A stretch of DNA of 64,000 nt. It comes from Azolla caroliniana. Lineage: Eukaryota; Plantae; Polypodiophyta. The position numbers and the translations under genes were made by a program. Below, piece by piece: positions 63,101 to 64,000 of the stretch (within the stretch, counting starts at the first letter, position 1; each line of letters starts with the position of its first letter). The notes beneath the pieces were generated by a model. That model did not search any database. It saw only the letters and a program-made list of their open reading frames with translations, and had not been told where the DNA came from. Location of the stretch: NCBI GenBank assembly GCA_043228905.1, contig JBHGNT010000006.1, positions 10,230,001-10,294,000 on the forward strand, given 5' to 3'.

Positions 63101-63612
63101 CTCATAGTTCAGTAACAGGGTACATGCTAGCTGAATTGATACTTGGCCAAAAGCCCATCATGCCGATAGAAGAATCAATTATGTCATGGATATCTATTCC
63201 ATGGAGAGAAGAGGTGAGCAGAGAAGAATTGCTTGCTTTGCGAATTCAACAATTAGAGCGTCGACCTGAAGATATAGAAATAGCAGCCCAACGATTGAAG
63301 GAGGCTCGACTAAAGAATAAAATCCGTTTTGATAAAAGTCATAGAATTCGACCTAAGAAAATAGAAGAAGGAGATTGGGTGCTCGTGTATGATAGCAGTT
63401 TAGATAATCAACATAGCACCGTCCGCAAGTTCGCTGAAAGATGGTTTGGGCCTTATATAGTAAGAAAAGTATATGATAACTTTACTTATAAGCTTAGTGA
63501 ATTGGATGGGACACTAATCCTAAACGTGGTAGCTGGAAAGAGGATAAAAGTATTTAAGAAAAGGTTTGAGCTTGAACCTCCTCCAATAGATCAACATGAA
63601 GATGAAAGATAG
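60082..63612 (+). CDS. RT-RNase H-integrase ORF of element D (true start unknown; +1 frame relative to gag-protease)
   Basis: RT (FTVPKKDGSLRFIQDL, DLYSGYDQ, LPQGATNS, PFLDD), RNase H (VTVDTSPIGIG, KRELWG, VETDC) and integrase (HDSLWAGH..CEVC, WMVD, IADRG, GKIERGH, WFGPY). The frame is uninterrupted. Confidence 0.93.
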   Translation: MRGTSKSFVIIQYQKIVMILIIRFLTRTVASEGCNSPIIKRPSYRALQHMNKSFHVSESGAICVTRMYECKRNLKKNANLFQQALKDNGVLEMEEQIESVMEEISFANTLEELEMYLKEDDENVRKIHVNSIDMYYEIDRYNCKYEEVESLCNTKYKTIDKKVKPVAVPLPIGSEEKMEAAATEPMLRPIEKIGHHFTSETINNLRIGRGEFLLQSEIATFKEMIFGHGKAFAFKAEEIGCVNPKVVTPMVIFTIPHIPWNFKPIAVPKARLPQLLELLKDKVKMKILEPSNAPYSNRWFTVPKKDGSLRFIQDLQPVNKVTIRNAGIGPIVDEFAEAFAGRAIYSVGDLYSGYDQFQLAIDSRNITTMKTPIGLVRMCTLPQGATNSVAHMMNAMNKVLHEYIPKVTMPFLDDIPIKGCLEREKDETMVGNGCRKFVMDHINDCESILNKLEQVHLTLSGTKSCFGQNEVLIVGHMCGWYGRKPSPIKINAIQNMKEVCDSVTEVRRFLGACVFYHIWLPHFAHVSDPLYQLLRKGKKFIWTDEHTQVVQQLKEALLKAPVLRQPNYKGERPIIVTVDTSPIGIGWVINQEDEEQHRYAIRFGAKILNERQRNYAQVKRELWGLLTALKTDRDYLIGADVVVETDCLPLIGMIASCTTPDIAMLRWIAYIRTMNPELRHIKGKDNLVADMLSRARFINEKVMQTEYKNWATTSHQFAHQESITPHDEFNVSIMFKDTEYEGQWFEIGNFLKTQEANPSWSKKQLNEFRRRAFKFFLHEGHLWRRPKRPTENPLRVICKDDIKRKLINEFHDSLWAGHRGIWATFMKLKEKYWWPHMYKDVTKFVETCEVCQRYSTIRYRDELKPTYSSSMHYKWMVDLVTMPLGEGQMRYLVLAREDLTSQVEGRPLRQKTTRAVCKFLLEDVICRYGCVGKIIADRGELDSDEAREFFSRIGVKLSLTTAYNPEANGKIERGHSPIVKAIVKSCKGKIRDWPRMLPYALWADRTTHSSVTGYMLAELILGQKPIMPIEESIMSWISIPWREEVSREELLALRIQQLERRPEDIEIAAQRLKEARLKNKIRFDKSHRIRPKKIEEGDWVLVYDSSLDNQHSTVRKFAERWFGPYIVRKVYDNFTYKLSELDGTLILNVVAGKRIKVFKKRFELEPPPIDQHEDER

Positions 63613-64000
63613 TGGCACATGCCGGAGGATGTGCAGGTCTAGAGGGGGTGGATGTCGTGAAGTACAAAAGCTTCACATTAAAAGTCTACAATAAGATAAA
63701 TACATAACTAAAATAACATTTGATAATGTTTTATATAATATTAACAACACATATGATAATATTATATATATGTAAAAAAAAAAAATATATAGATAAATAT
63801 ATTATATTACACGAACAAGAGAGGACTTGAACCAATAACCCCACCCTATGACTCTCAAACCTTACCATTTACTATATACTAGTAATATACATAAAATAAA
63901 GCATACTTTATATATACTTTATATTACATAAAGGATTTGCTTCATGATATAAAAATAAAGTTGTATGTTGTATTCAATAGCATTTTGAGACTCGAACCCA

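Larger units (their letters stand above)
56831..64000 (+). mobile_element. Element D: near-intact tRNA-Trp-primed non-chromovirus Ty3/gypsy (Phygy-like); 5' LTR 56831-57919; 3' LTR from 63653 beyond the window
   Basis: LTR TGTCGTGAAG..TCACGACA. PBS TGGTGAACCCGACGTGAA at 57925-57942 is complementary to the plant tRNA-Trp 3' end. PPT AGAGGGGGTGGA at 63641-63652. The visible 348 bp of the 3' LTR differ at about 2 sites. The lineage name is tentative. Confidence 0.92.

Overview
Eukaryotic land-plant genomic DNA, most likely from a non-seed plant. That assignment is inferred from the co-occurrence of Tcn1-like, tRNA-Trp-primed (Phygy-like) and Athila-like Ty3/gypsy elements. Three intact spliced host genes are present: an AGCVIII/AGC1 Ser/Thr kinase (+, 4063-6193), an SR45a-like RRM splicing factor (-, 7513-11048) and a universal stress protein (-, 29308-31799). 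About two thirds of the window is two nests of retroelements. Nest 1 (11.9-27.7 kb) holds an LTR remnant, a chromovirus fragment and a decayed Athila-like element A, which carries a LINE fragment, a Tcn1-like 3' fragment, a solo LTR and a full-length self-priming Tcn1-like chromovirus. Nest 2 (34.5-64 kb) is an Athila-like element B carrying a pol-less element C (itself carrying a young intact Copia), a half-Copia flanked by a 427-bp duplication, and a near-intact tRNA-Trp-primed gypsy D. Two signals stand out. First, a decayed, intron-containing gene appears to fuse a ParB/Srx-like domain to a beta-class N4/N6 DNA methyltransferase motif (DIPY) and is cut by element B. Second, tRNA-like RNA polymerase III A-box/B-box cassettes with 43-44 nt spacing recur inside the LTRs of two unrelated gypsy lineages. 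All protein family assignments come from motif recognition by eye; no searches were run.
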